Of a DNA stretch of 64,000 nt, positions 46,318 through 61,019 are shown piece after piece (position 1 is the stretch's first letter; each line of letters opens with the position of its first letter). Under the pieces are notes generated by a model. The model was not told where the DNA came from. It saw nothing but the letters and a program-made list of their open reading frames with translations, and made no database searches. The translations under genes and the position numbers were made by a program. Location of the stretch: assembly GCA_964016885.1 (NCBI GenBank), contig OZ024750.1:44144001-44208000 (forward strand). Direction: 5' to 3'. The stretch comes from Eledone cirrhosa (Eukaryota).

Positions 46318-46358
46318 CATGTATGTATATGATAGAGGTGTCTGTCTCTCTTACTCTT

Positions 46359-46436
<78 letters not shown>

Positions 46437-46702
46437 GTGTGTGTTTGTGTGTGTCTGTATGTGTGTCTGTATGTCTGTATGTGTGTGTGTGTGTATACGC
46501 ACATATATATGTACATATATATTTTCAAACACAGAAAATTGCCAAACACAGAAATGCACCTATATTCTATATATACTAACATATAAAAAAAGATATATAC
46601 ACTCATAAATTTTAATGTGTATAATCAAACGCTTATACGAACATACACACGTTATAATAAAACGTATCCTTTGTGGGCAATTTCACTGAGACACATGAAC
46701 CT

Positions 46703-46777
<75 letters not shown>

Positions 46778-46976
46778 CACACACACATACACTCACAAAC
46801 ACACACACACACACTCACACACACACACTCACACACACACTACACACACACACTACACACACACACACACACTCACACACACATACACTCACACACACAC
46901 ACACACACGCACACACACTCACACACACATACACTCACTCACACATACACATACACACACACACACTACACATACA

Positions 46977-47018
<42 letters not shown>

Positions 47019-47511
47019 CACACACACACTACACACATATAGCCAAGTGGCTGACTGATGACGCGAGAGTTGAGAGAGAGTGAAATTTATAACATTGAAA
47101 CTGAAGAAACCCATTCAATATATATATGTGTGTGTGTGTTTGCGTGTGTGTGTGTATGTGTGTATGTGTGTGTATGTGTGAGTGTGTTTGCGTGTATATG
47201 TGTATGTGTGTATGTGTGTGTATGTGTATGTGTGTGTGTGTGTGTGTGTGTTTGCGTGCGTATGTGTATGTGTGTATGTGTGTGTATGTGTATGTGTGTG
47301 TGTGTGTGTATGTGTGTTTGCGTGTGTATGTGTATGTGTGTATGTGTGCGGATGTGTATGTGTGTGTGTGTGTGTGAGTGTGTTTGCGTGTGTATGTGTA
47401 TGTGTGTGTGTATGTGTGTGTATGTGTGTTTGCGTGTGTATGTGTATGTGTATGTGTGTGTATGTGTGTGTGTGTTTGCGTGTGTATGTGTATGTGTGTA
47501 TGTGTGTGTAT

Positions 47512-47547
<36 letters not shown>

Positions 47548-47845
47548 GTGTGTATGTGTATGTGTGTATGTGTGTGTATGTGTATGTGTGTATGTGTGTG
47601 TGTGTGTGTGTTTGCGTGTGTATGTGCATGTGTGTGTGTATGCATATATCTATACACACACACATACACATACACACGCAAACACACTCACACACACATA
47701 TATATATATATATATGCATAAAATATTACTAGTTAAGATCAATGAGACCATCTATAGAGTGTACAGTATAGAATCGATAACACGTAAGGCAGAGTATTTT
47801 TAATATATATATATATCTATCTATATATATATATCTATCTATCTA

Positions 47846-47886
<41 letters not shown>

Positions 47887-47949
47887 ATATATATATATCT
47901 ATATATATATATATATATATATATAGATAGATAGATAGATATATATATA

Positions 47950-48312
47950 CGATATTAAAAATGGAAACTATATTTATAAAACCATATTTATTTCATTATA
48001 CTTATTTCAAGGATACCAAGTTAAATTATGGTATGCCTTCATCAGACAAAATACAATATATATCAGTTTTACAAATAAGCATTGACGTGCCCTTTCAAAA
48101 TGCGACCGTTACTTTTGGACGACCTCTGATGAAGGCATACCATAATTTAACTTGGTATCCTTGAAATATGTATAATTAAATAAATATGGTTTTATAAATA
48201 TAGTTTCCATTTGTTAATATCGTATATCTACTCCAAATACATGTCGAGTGCTTTATATCAGTTATAAAAATATTTACTTGTTGTATCCCAACAGTTTAAA
48301 TAGAACTTTTGC
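47950..48312 (+). mobile_element. fold-back element family A
   Basis: Inverted arms 47950-48046 / 48125-48222 plus ~90-nt tail; in (TA)n. Confidence 0.85.
47989..48053 (-). ncRNA. type I hammerhead ribozyme, family A
   Basis: TATTTTGT-CTGATGA-AGGCATACCA(loop)TGGTATCCTT-GAAA-TAAGTATA-ATGAAATA. Confidence 0.75.
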
Positions 48313-48336
48313 ATATATATATATATATATATATAT

Positions 48337-48644
48337 GAAGAATGAATTGTGGTAAGGAACCAGATAGACCATAACGCACTAGCGTACTCAATACTTAGGG
48401 TAGTAGAGTGGGTAATAGGAAAAAGTATGACCCCGACGGCAGAGCTCAAGCCGTTTCGACGGCTATTTCTGGACTAAATTAGAATTTGGGCCCGGTAAAT
48501 AAATAACTGAACTTGTCAAAGGGTACTTCCTTAAATGGGAAGGTTGTAGTTGTTGAGAGGACTTACCAGGCTAAAAATTCTAATTTAGTCCAGAAATAGC
48601 CGTCGAAACGGCTTGAGCTCTGCCGTGGGGGTCCGACTTTTTCC
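48337..48644 (-). mobile_element. fold-back element family B with ~90-nt central spacer
   Basis: Arms 48416-48487 / 48574-48646, tail on left. Confidence 0.85.
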
Positions 48645-48656
48645 TATATATATATA

Positions 48657-48766
48657 TTGTCCATTTATTTTTGAGACTCGAAACCGATTCGGTAAAGGTA
48701 ACCATAGTGAGTACAGTGAATTTTTTGAAATTTATTTTGAAACTTTTTCTTATTTGCTAAACCTTG

Positions 48767-48770
<4 letters not shown>
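48657..48770 (+). mobile_element. TA-flanked fragment with 3' half of a hammerhead
   Basis: CTC-GAAA-CCG-ATT-CGG-TA at 48677-48694. Confidence 0.45.
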
Positions 48771-48823
<53 letters not shown>

Positions 48824-48826
<3 letters not shown>

Positions 48827-48942
48827 AACGAGTAGGACCCAGACGGCTGAGCTCAAGCCGTTTCGACGGCTAATTCTGGCTAATTTAGTCCAGAATTAGC
48901 CGTCGAAACGGCTTGAGCTCTGCCGTCGGCGTCATACTTTTT

Positions 48943-48944
<2 letters not shown>
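48824..48944. mobile_element. fold-back element family B, tail-less, chimeric arms
   Basis: Palindrome whose outer arms match two different subfamilies. Confidence 0.82.
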
Positions 48945-49003
<59 letters not shown>

Positions 49004-49009
<6 letters not shown>

Positions 49010-49199
49010 AAGAAAGTGTGGTAAGGAACCTGGTGGCCCATAACGCATCAGAGTACGCGATACTTAGTGCAGTAGAGTGGGTAATAGAAAAAGCGTCATG
49101 ACCCGACGGCTGAGCACCGGCCGTTTCGACAGCTAGTTCTGAAAGCAGAACTAGCTGTCGAAACAGCTGCAGCTCGGCCTTGGGCGTCCCGACTCGTTT

Positions 49200-49201
<2 letters not shown>
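49004..49201 (-). mobile_element. diverged fold-back element family B
   Basis: GTTTCGACAGCTAGTTCTG-AAAG-CAGAACTAGCTGTCGAAAC core plus tail. Confidence 0.8.
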
Positions 49202-49244
<43 letters not shown>

Positions 49245-49246
<2 letters not shown>

Positions 49247-49513
49247 AAACTTATATTTAAATTGTTGGGTTAACAACGAGTAAATATTTATAACTGATAT
49301 AAAAGCACTCAACAAGTATTTGGAGTATATTTATGATATTAAATAAATGGAAACTATATTTATAAAACCATATTTATTTCGTTATATATATTTCAGGGAT
49401 ATCATAATTGTATTTTGTCTGAAGAAGGCATAACATATTGTTAATATGATATCCATGAAATATATATAACGAAATAAATATGGTTTTATAAATATAGTTT
49501 CCATTTATTTAAT

Positions 49514-49517
<4 letters not shown>
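49245..49517 (-). mobile_element. fold-back element family A
   Basis: Tail on left; arms ~49331-49406 / 49445-49519. Confidence 0.85.
49411..49476 (+). ncRNA. type I hammerhead ribozyme, family A
   Basis: TATTTTGT-CTGAAGA-stem II-GAAA-TATATATA-ACGAAATA; stem I covaries (G-C) relative to the 62533 copy (A-U). Confidence 0.75.
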
Positions 49518-49573
<56 letters not shown>

Positions 49574-49576
49574 TAG

Positions 49577-49661
<85 letters not shown>

Positions 49662-49665
<4 letters not shown>

Positions 49666-50038
49666 AGTTAATATAAATTAATATATATGATAAAACACAA
49701 ATACCAACATATAAGTGTTTGTATTGTAAATGACTAAGTTAGCTAAATTGAAAAATACTAATTATAATAATACAGTTTGCCTGTCTCGATTTAAAATAAT
49801 AAATCAATTTATTATTTTAAATCGAGACAGGCAAACTGTATTATTATAATTAGTATTTTTCAATCTAGCTAACTTAGTCATTTACAATACAAACACTTAT
49901 ATGTAAACACTTATTGGTATTAGTGTTTATCATATATATTAATTCATATTAACTTGTATTACACGGCTCAGAAATACTTCTTTCTTAGAGCTATTTCATT
50001 GTAAAGGACTGCTTGAGTTTAGAACTCATTATTCTTAG
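49662..50038 (+). mobile_element. fold-back element family C
   Basis: ~145-bp arms centred ~49806 plus ~80-nt tail; in (TA)n. Confidence 0.85.
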
Positions 50039-50070
<32 letters not shown>

Positions 50071-50267
50071 CGTGTGTGAGAGAGTGTTTGTGTGTGCATG
50101 TGGTTATGTTATGTATGTATACATATTCTTACATATGTGTGTGTGTCCGTGTGAATGGTTACGTTTATGTATGTCTGTGTTTAGTCTCTTCCATCTAGAG
50201 ATACAACGAAAGAGACAGTGGTAGCATAAGAACATTGTGACATACATATCATTATATCATATATCAA

Positions 50268-50457
50268 GGGCGGTGGATTGGCAGCATCGGTAGAGGGTCG
50301 GACGCCATGCTTTCCAGCATAGTTACGTCCCTTTACGATCTGAGTTCAAATCCCGCCGAGGTTGACTTTGCCTTTCGTCCTTATGGACTCGATAAAATAA
50401 AGTACCAGTAATGCACTGGGTAATTGCTGGCCTTGTGCCTAAAGTAGAAACAATTAT
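50268..50457 (+). mobile_element. SINE family 1
   Basis: Near-consensus; flanked by ATATCATTATATCAT duplication. Confidence 0.92.
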
Positions 50458-50691
50458 ATCATTATATCATTTCAGGGGCAGTCCCACAATGCCGTATTCT
50501 AATCACTTCAACTATTGAAATATCAGGAATAAAAACGAAATTTATTCTACACATCTACACATCGTCAGCCGCTGTTGAACTAAAAATAATTACTTCTTTA
50601 ATCATTCAGATACAATATTAGTATTAATAGCTTACAATACCAATAATACAAACATATATAAAATGCTGTAGTAGTATTAGTATTAGTATTA

Positions 50692-50730
<39 letters not shown>

Positions 50731-50749
50731 ATTGCGGTGGTAGTAATAA

Positions 50750-50805
<56 letters not shown>

Positions 50806-50859
50806 ATAGTAGTAGTGATTGTGGTGGTAGTAATAACAGCAGCAGACGCAGCGAGCCAC

Positions 50860-50890
<31 letters not shown>

Positions 50891-50909
50891 ATTGTGGTGG
50901 TAGTAATAA

Positions 50910-50971
<62 letters not shown>

Positions 50972-51256
50972 ACGATCACGGCCGACACTGGTGATTAAGA
51001 TGAAAACTCGAATAATGAACAAGAAACATCGGTGTGGGGAGAAGGAGGTTGCCTATGGGGAGGGTATGGGGAGGAGGGGGTAGGAGGGGGTTATGGGAGA
51101 AGGAGGATGACTTTGGGGAGGCGTATGGGGAGAAGGAGGAGGATATTTCTACAAGTTAAAACTAAAAAAGACAATTACATGAACGATACACGCCAAAGCA
51201 TCCTTCCTCATCAATATTTGTATAAATGTGTGGGTACACACACATATATATATATA

Positions 51257-51300
<44 letters not shown>

Positions 51301-51317
51301 ATATATATATAGTTTAC

Positions 51318-51367
<50 letters not shown>

Positions 51368-51509
51368 GTATATGATCGAAATTTAAATTATGCCCAGTCT
51401 TTTCAAGATGAGAAAATAATAAACATAAATATATTTATATACATACATATAAACATATATACACATATATATTCGTGTGTGTGTGTATATATACTATATA
51501 CATGCCTGC

Positions 51510-51634
<125 letters not shown>

Positions 51635-52092
51635 CATATATATACGTATTTATGTATATGCATGTTTTCTTTTCGTTTGCATATACATACGTGTCAGATA
51701 TACGTATTTATGTTCATATATGTATCTATGTATATATGTGAATGAATGTATGTATGTATATATATATCTGTATGTAAGTATGCATGCATGTATGTACGCA
51801 TGTATATATCTATGCATCTATGTATGTATGTATGTTTGTATGTATCTATATATGTATGTGATATGTTTGTATGTAAACATTTAAAGATATAAAACTGTTG
51901 TAAAATTTTCAGAATAAAAGAATAACAATTCTCTTGATAGTAATATTTAATCAAAGAATCTCTCCAAGACTGTATATACCTCTCTGTGTATATACCTCTG
52001 TGTATATATCTCTCTTATCCTCACCCTTTCTTTCTCTCTCTGTTTCTCTTTTATATACACACATATATTCACTCATGTTATATCCCTCTCCT

Positions 52093-52162
<70 letters not shown>

Positions 52163-52190
52163 ATGTAACACATATATTTGTGTTTTCATG

Positions 52191-52233
<43 letters not shown>

Positions 52234-52398
52234 TTATATCTCTCTCTCTATATATATATATATACATGAAAACACAAATATATGTGTTACACATGTGTAT
52301 GTATATATACATACACGCACACACCCACAAACACACACATATATATATATATATATATATGTTATTTATATATATATATATATACATTAACCTATACG

Positions 52399-52476
<78 letters not shown>

Positions 52477-52552
52477 CCCTTTCCTTGTAATACAATCGGT
52501 ATGTTGTCATCGTTATTACCGTTTTGTTGTTGTTGTCGTTATTGTTATTGTT

Positions 52553-52594
<42 letters not shown>

Positions 52595-52759
52595 ATTGTT
52601 GTTGTTATTGTTGTTATTGACGGTAGTTTTGTATTAGAATTACACTACATTTGGTTTATCATTAGTGGATCCTGGATATTTCTATGAAGAAGATGCAGGA
52701 TGAAAAATATGTATAGATTAATATTAACGGAAAAAAAACACTAAAAAAAAAAACTGTAG

Positions 52760-54523
52760 AAAAAGAAGAAGAAGAAGAAGAAGAAGAAGAAGAAGAAGAA
52801 GAAGAAGAAGAAGAAGGAGAAGAAGGGAAAGAAGAAAAAGAAGAAGAAGAAGAAGAAGAATGCAAGAAGAAGAATAAGAAAAGAAGAAGAAAAAATAGAT
52901 GAAAAAGTAGAAGGTGGAGGAGAAGAAGAAGAAGAAGAAGAAGAAGAAGAAGAAGAAGAAGAAGAAGAAGAAGAAGAAGAAGAAGAAGAAGAAGGAACAG
53001 AAGAAGAAGAAACAGAAGAAGGTGGTGGAGGAGGAGGAGGAGGAGGAGGAGGAGAAGGAGAAGAAGAAGAAGAAGAAGAAGAGAAAGAAGAAGAACAACA
53101 GAAACAACAATAAAAACAACAACAACAACACCAACAACAACAACACCACAACAACAACACCAACAAACACCACAACACCAACAAGAACAACAACACCACA
53201 ACAACACCACAACAACAACAGTAACAACAACAATAACAACAACAACAACGCCAACAACAACAACAACNNNNNNNNNNNNNNNNNNNNNNNNNNNNNNNNN
53301 NNNNNNNNNNNNNNNNNNNNNNNNNNNNNNNNNNNNNNNNNNNNNNNNNNNNNNNNNNNNNNNNNNNNNNNNNNNNNNNNNNNNNNNNNNNNNNNNNNNN
53401 NNNNNNNNNNNNNNNNNNNNNNNNNNNNNNNNNNNNNNNNNNNNNNNNNNNNNNNNNNNNNNNNNNNCACCAACAACAACACCAACAACAACACCAACAC
53501 CAACAACAACACCAACACCGACAACAACACCACCAACACCAACACCAACACCAACACCAACAACAACACCACCAACACCAACACCAACAACAACAACACC
53601 AACACCAACAACAACACCACCAACAACAACACCAACAACAACAACAACACCACCAACACCAACACCAACAACAACAACACCAACGCCAACAACAACAACA
53701 ACAACACCAACACCAACAACAACACCACCAACAACAACACCAACAACAACACCAACACCAACAACAACACCAACACCAACACCAACAACACCAACACCAA
53801 CACCAACAACAACACCACCAACAACAACACCAACAACAACACCAACACCAACACCAACAACAACACCACCAACAACAACACCAACAACAACACCAACACC
53901 AACACCAACACCAACAACAACACCACCAACACCAACACCAACAACAACAACACCAACACCAACAACAACACCACCAACAACAACACCAACAACAACACCA
54001 ACACCAACAACAACACCAACACCAACACCAACACCCAACAACACCACCAACACCAACACCAACACCAACACCAACAAGAACACCACCAACACCAACACCA
54101 ACAACAACAACACCAACACCAACAACACCAACACCAACAACAACAACAACACCACCAACACCAACACCAACAACAACAACACCAACACCAACAACAACAC
54201 CAACACTAACAACACCAACACCAACACTAACAACACCACCAACACCAACACCAACAACAACAACACCAACACCAACAACAACACCAACACCACCAACAAC
54301 AACAACACCAACAACAACACCAACACTAACAACACCAACACCAACAACACCAACACCAACAACAACACCACCAACACCAACACCAACACCAACACCAACA
54401 ACAACACCACCAACACCAACACCAACAACAACACCACCAACACCAACACCAACAACAACAACACCAACACCAACAACAACACCAACACTAACAACACCAA
54501 CACCAACAACAACAACACCAACA
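52760..54523. repeat. (GAA)n then (AAC/ACC)n compound microsatellite spanning the gap
   Basis: Direct inspection. Confidence 0.92.
53268..53467. other. assembly gap (200 N)
   Basis: Run of N. Confidence 1.
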
Positions 54524-54782
54524 CTTCCAATAAATGTTATTTGTTCCTCATATTTAGTCTATATTCCTCCCTCTTCTGCTGATATTCTGGTGTTGTTCCT
54601 GTGAAATGATTAATACCAACACTCGCTTATCTCCCTTTCCCATCTTCCACAATATTGGAATCTCCGTCTTTGTATTTTAGACATATTTTTCCACTTCTCA
54701 ATCAATCTTTACTGATCGATAAGACTGATAGTTGTTCTCTCTTGCGCTGTTATATAAGAATAAACTACACCACACCTAGTGT

Positions 54783-54845
<63 letters not shown>

Positions 54846-54891
54846 TGTGTGTGTGTATATGTGATAAAAATGTATACGCATATATATATAG

Positions 54892-54931
<40 letters not shown>

Positions 54932-54941
54932 ATATAATATA

Positions 54942-54991
<50 letters not shown>

Positions 54992-55019
54992 GTATATATA
55001 TATATACATATATATATAT

Positions 55020-55095
<76 letters not shown>

Positions 55096-55157
55096 ATATA
55101 TATATATATTACTATATGTATATGCGTATACATTTTTATCACATATACACACACACA

Positions 55158-55237
<80 letters not shown>

Positions 55238-55685
55238 TGTATACATGTATATGCATGCATACACACACAGAGACACACACTCGCACACACACACATGCAC
55301 ACGCACACACACATATATATGAAGCAAACGCAAAAGTGAATATAAAAAAATATATATATATATATACAGGAAATTTGTCTGTACGAAACTACTGGGAGTA
55401 ATTTATATGATTATATCTATTTCTCTCAATCTTCAATACGAAACTAAGGAGGTGATTAATTTCTTAGTTCTAACTTTAAATGTTTTTGACAATACGACAA
55501 TTGTTTCTTCCAATATTTTATTATTTTCAATATATATTATATTATGTTTAATTCTCTCTATTTTTTCTGTTTTTTCAATCTGTCGTGTTTTTTTCTTTTT
55601 TATTTCTATCGTTTTAATTCTTCTTCTTCTTCTTCTTCTTCTTCTTCTTCTTCTTCTTCTTCTTCTTCTTCTTCTTCTTCTTCTT

Positions 55686-55751
<66 letters not shown>

Positions 55752-55764
55752 GTTATTGTTATTC

Positions 55765-58302
55765 CTTGAATCTCAGTCATTGATGTTGGTTAACTGGAAA
55801 GTCCGTTGGATTGAATATCAAGCCACTACCTGCAGCCTCAGATATTCAGGACGTATCGGAGGGTTCTTGCCGTTCCAAGCAAGCATGCCTTTTGAAGCGT
55901 TCCAAAAAGCGTGAAGGGGCCGATTTTCTTTAACCATCCCTGGAACCCTTTGGAGAGAGTCCCCAGTGCGCCTATGACAATCGGGATCACTTTGACTTCA
56001 TGGCAGTTCCAAATCCTTTTCACCTCCCACTTTAGGTCCTGGTATCGGTTAATTTTCTCCCTCTCCTTCTCTTGCACTCTCGTGTCGAACGGGCAGGCCA
56101 CATCCACAATCAGGCACGATCTTTTTTCTTTGTCCACAACCACCAGGTCAGGTCTATTGTGTTCCAGTTTTTTGTCCGTCTGTATCCTAAAATCCCACAG
56201 CACCTTCACCTGACTGTTCTCCATCACCGCCTCTGGCCTATGCTCATACCATTTCTCAGAATGTGGTAGATTGTTTACTTTGCACAGGTGCCAGTGGATC
56301 ACCCTGCCCATCACATCGTGTCTCCAGCCCTTATAGTGGGTCTGGGCTAGGTGTTTACACTCGGACACAATGTGAGCCACAGTCTCCTCTCTCTCTCCAC
56401 AGATCCTGCACAGTGGGCTAGCCTCCTCCTTGTAGATATGGTGCTTCAACCACTTCGTTTTGAGGGCCTGCTCCTGCGCAGCCATTAGCATTCCTTCTGT
56501 AGCCTTTTTGAGGTCTCCTCTTCTCAACCAGTTCCATGTCTGTGGATCTCTAAATTCAGTTTTCTCAAAGAAGGTACTATGAAGGGATTTTCCCTTAAGG
56601 CTGCTCTTCCTCCTTGATGTTATTTCCTCCTTGGGTATCCCCTGGCCTACTGTCCCCTCCTTCAGTACAGCTCTGAGCATTGGCTCCTTACTATAGGTCA
56701 CGTATTTGTATAGGTTGTTTTTCTCCATCTGAACACAGTCCTCTATGTTGATAAGACCTCTTCCACCCTCAGATCTCCTTAGGTAGAGTCTATCGACATC
56801 ACTCCTCTTGTGGAACATGTTGTAGATAGTCAATAGCTTCCTAGTCTTCCTATCCATTTCTTTTTGTTCAGCAACATTCCATCTCAGAATTCCCGCACTG
56901 TACCTAATAATAGACACAGCTCGGGAATTTACTGCGCTTATGGCATTTCTGCTGTTCAGATGTGACTTCAATACGCTCCTTACTCTCCGAATGTATTCAG
57001 TTCTTAACAATTCCTTCATTTTTTTGTTCTTTATGCCATCAGCCTCCAGAACGCCCAAATACTTGTATCCTTCCTCAGAGTCAATTTCCTTTATCATCTC
57101 ACCTGTTGGTATCTGGATCCCGTTACTTCTGCTCAACCTACCCCTCTTCATCACAATGACTCCACATTTACCAATACCAAACTGCATACATATATCACTG
57201 CTGAAAATACGGACAGTGTCAACAAGCACATTCAACTCCTTCTCACTTTTCCCGAAGAGCTTAAGATCGTCCATGAAGAGGAGGTGATTGATGGTAAGCT
57301 CTCCCCTTCCCAACTTGTATCCTGCTCTCACTTTCCGCAGCATAATGGTCAAGGGCATCAGGGCAAGGACAAACAACAGAGGGGACAGGCTATCTCCCTG
57401 GAAGATACCTCTCTTGATCTTCACGCTTCCCAAGGATACTCCAGTTGATGTCAACTCTGTCTCCCAGGACCCCATACTCCTGCCCAGCAACTGTCTGATG
57501 TTATCTGCCACCCCGAAGATCTCCAGGCTTTTGGTGATCCAGGAATGAGGCACCATGTCAAATGCCTTTCTGTAGTCTATCCATCCCATGGCAAGATCAG
57601 TGTGTCTCCTCCTGCAATTCCCCATTACCATCTTATCAATAAGCAACTGGTCCTTTGTACCACGTGACTTCTTTCGGCATCCTTTCTGTTCGTCCGGTAA
57701 CAAGTTGTTTGTGTGGAGGTGATGGTAGATTTCCTCAGACACAATGCTCGTCAACAGTTTCCACATTACGGGCAGACATGTGATAGGTCTATAGTTGGTA
57801 ACATCATTACCCTTGATTCGGTCTTTCATTATCAGAACTGTGGTACCTTTTGTCAACCACTCTGGCACCTCACCCGACACCAAGCAGTCATTGAACATGG
57901 CCGTCAGCTTCGGGTGGAGGGATGTTAAATGTTTAATCCAATAACCCTGCACACCATCTGGGCCTGGTGATTTCCAGTTGGTTAGTTTTTTGGCTTGCCC
58001 CTTAAGAGTTTCAACTGTGATACTCAAATCAGTCTGTTGTTGTGCCTGCTCACCGAACTCCCTCTGTACTGTCTCAATCCACCCTGCCTGGGCATTGTGT
58101 CTAACATCCTGCTCCCATATTCCTCTCCAGAATGTTTTAGCTTGTTCCGCCCCAGGGATCAAGTCGTTGCCTCTTTCTTTCCCCTCAAGCTGTCCAAACA
58201 GCATCTTCTGGCTGTTGTCGAACATGCGGTTCTGTTTATACTGACTGACTCTGTTCTCGTATCGCCTGATTTTGGCACTCTTTGCTACAATGCGTTGCTT
58301 CA

Positions 58303-58303
<1 letters not shown>
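55765..58303 (-). mobile_element. 5'-truncated R4/Dong-clade non-LTR retrotransposon inserted in (TAA)n
   Basis: RT + CCHC + restriction-like endonuclease, ~70-nt 3' UTR, (TAA)n on both sides (55716-55764, 58302-58367). Confidence 0.88.
55838..58303 (-). CDS. uninterrupted but N-terminally truncated retrotransposon polyprotein (RT, zinc knuckle, REL endonuclease)
   Basis: KSPGPDG, YRPITCLP, DYRKAFD, GIFQGDSLSPLLF, FMDDLKL, YKYLG, CRICGEREETVAHIVSEC, RHD, RPDLVVVD..IVDVACP..EKINRYQDL. TTG start is the truncation junction, not a real start. Confidence 0.93.
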
Positions 58304-58370
<67 letters not shown>

Positions 58371-58605
58371 ACTATATTTTTGAAGGGAACTAGTTTCCAT
58401 AAGAGAAGTAATAACAATTTATATCTTTATAAATGATAACATTTAGCAATTTGGCTGATTGGTAAAAATTATACTTAATCTTGTGTACATCTGTAATGAT
58501 AGATCCTCCGTCGGTTTCCAGGATCAGCATTCAGTTTCTCGTTAGAATTATTGAACCAACACAAGATTTTATTGTGTATGTATTTCCATGGGTAGTCCGC
58601 AGTAT

Positions 58606-58722
58606 ATAATTGTTTCCACTTTTGCGACAAGGCCACAATTACCCAGTAAATTACTGGTACTTTATTTTACGACCCTGTAAGAATGAAAGGCAAAGTTTAC
58701 CTCGGCGGGATTTGAACTCAGA
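58606..58722 (-). mobile_element. 5'-truncated SINE family 1
   Basis: Tail, central domain and B box only. Confidence 0.82.
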
Positions 58723-58782
58723 TTGGCATATAATAGTATATAATAAAGGTCAAACACAAATGTAATATCAGAACTTTGTCAT

Positions 58783-59817
<1,035 letters not shown>

Positions 59818-60502
59818 CTACTGATGAGGAAAACTCCCCCCACCGTTCTTGCTTTCTTCGTATTCCCACTGCATTTTAAGTTACCTTAAATAGCAACTAC
59901 ACAGCCATTTCTATTCTCCATATATTTCATCATATATATATACAAGATATATATATATATATAAGAGAGTATTGAAGTTTGCTTGAAGCATTGTGGGTTA
60001 ATAAATTTTTTTGGTGGTCGTTTTGGAAGCCTCAACAATGCAGATGGGTAAATCTCCGGGTAACAGAATCCGGTGGTGAAGAGAGAGATGTAAAGGAATG
60101 TAGAATGAGATGTAGGAAAGAGCGTAAAAAATAAAAATAATGACACGAGATATAATTGGGAGAGATATAATTATCCCTATATTTCGGATTCGCATCCATC
60201 AACTCGGAGGTTTTCCGGCGGGGGGGGGGGGGGGGGGGGGCTTATCTGTCGAAGAAGAAAGGTACGTGGCCTCGGTTGTCCGCTGATAGAACGCTATGTT
60301 CTTTTGTTCTTTATTACTCGTCGACGGCAAATATTCTGATAGGCACAAGAATACACTAGGTGCAAGTTATTCAAGTTGTTTTCTTCGTCAGTAGAAGGGA
60401 CTGACATAGACAAAAGTGTAAATATAGTAAAACCAATATCCAACGCATTGCAGCACAACTTCAGCTCAATCAACATGTATATAATGTTGATTGAACTGAA
60501 GT

Positions 60503-60640
60503 TATGAGTTCGATTACAGGATCGGACGATGCGTTATGTCCTTGAGCAAGACATTTTATTTGACGGTGCTCTTTCTGTATGGACTTGCGACCAACAGGAA
60601 AGACCAATGAAAACATTGTTTCCTCGGTTCAATTTGACGA
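60503..60640 (+). mobile_element. SINE family 2, 5'-truncated
   Basis: Homologous to 45365-45520. Confidence 0.75.
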
Positions 60641-61019
60641 GCTCCACCTAACCATATTAAGTGAACGAGGCCTGGGAACTTGTCGCTCGAATATTTCCTT
60701 TACATTCAGCTGATATATGATATTATTTATTTATGTTCTTATAAGGAATAAAAAGCGCTACGTTCAGAATTAGGCGCTTGATGACTGGGTTGCAAATTTA
60801 AGCGCTCTTCTAATCTGTACCACCGTGCACAATCTCGGGAGATGGTCCTAATTGGACCTTGCGCATCTTGTTACTTGTATGAACATAGATAAATAAATAT
60901 ACATAGATACATATATACATACATATATATATATATACAGATACATCTACCACTCAATGGTAGGGTCTAAACCGTATGAAGAAATCAATGTAATCCGTAT
61001 GTAGAAGATGTTGTGAAGT

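Noticed and set aside
55911-58393. Several short plus-strand ORFs
   Set aside because: Antisense shadows of the Dong ORF.
59820-60205. CTGATGAGG at 59821 and minus-strand GGAT-GCGA-ATCC-GAAA near 60182-60197
   Set aside because: Each is only a partial motif without the matching half or stem I.
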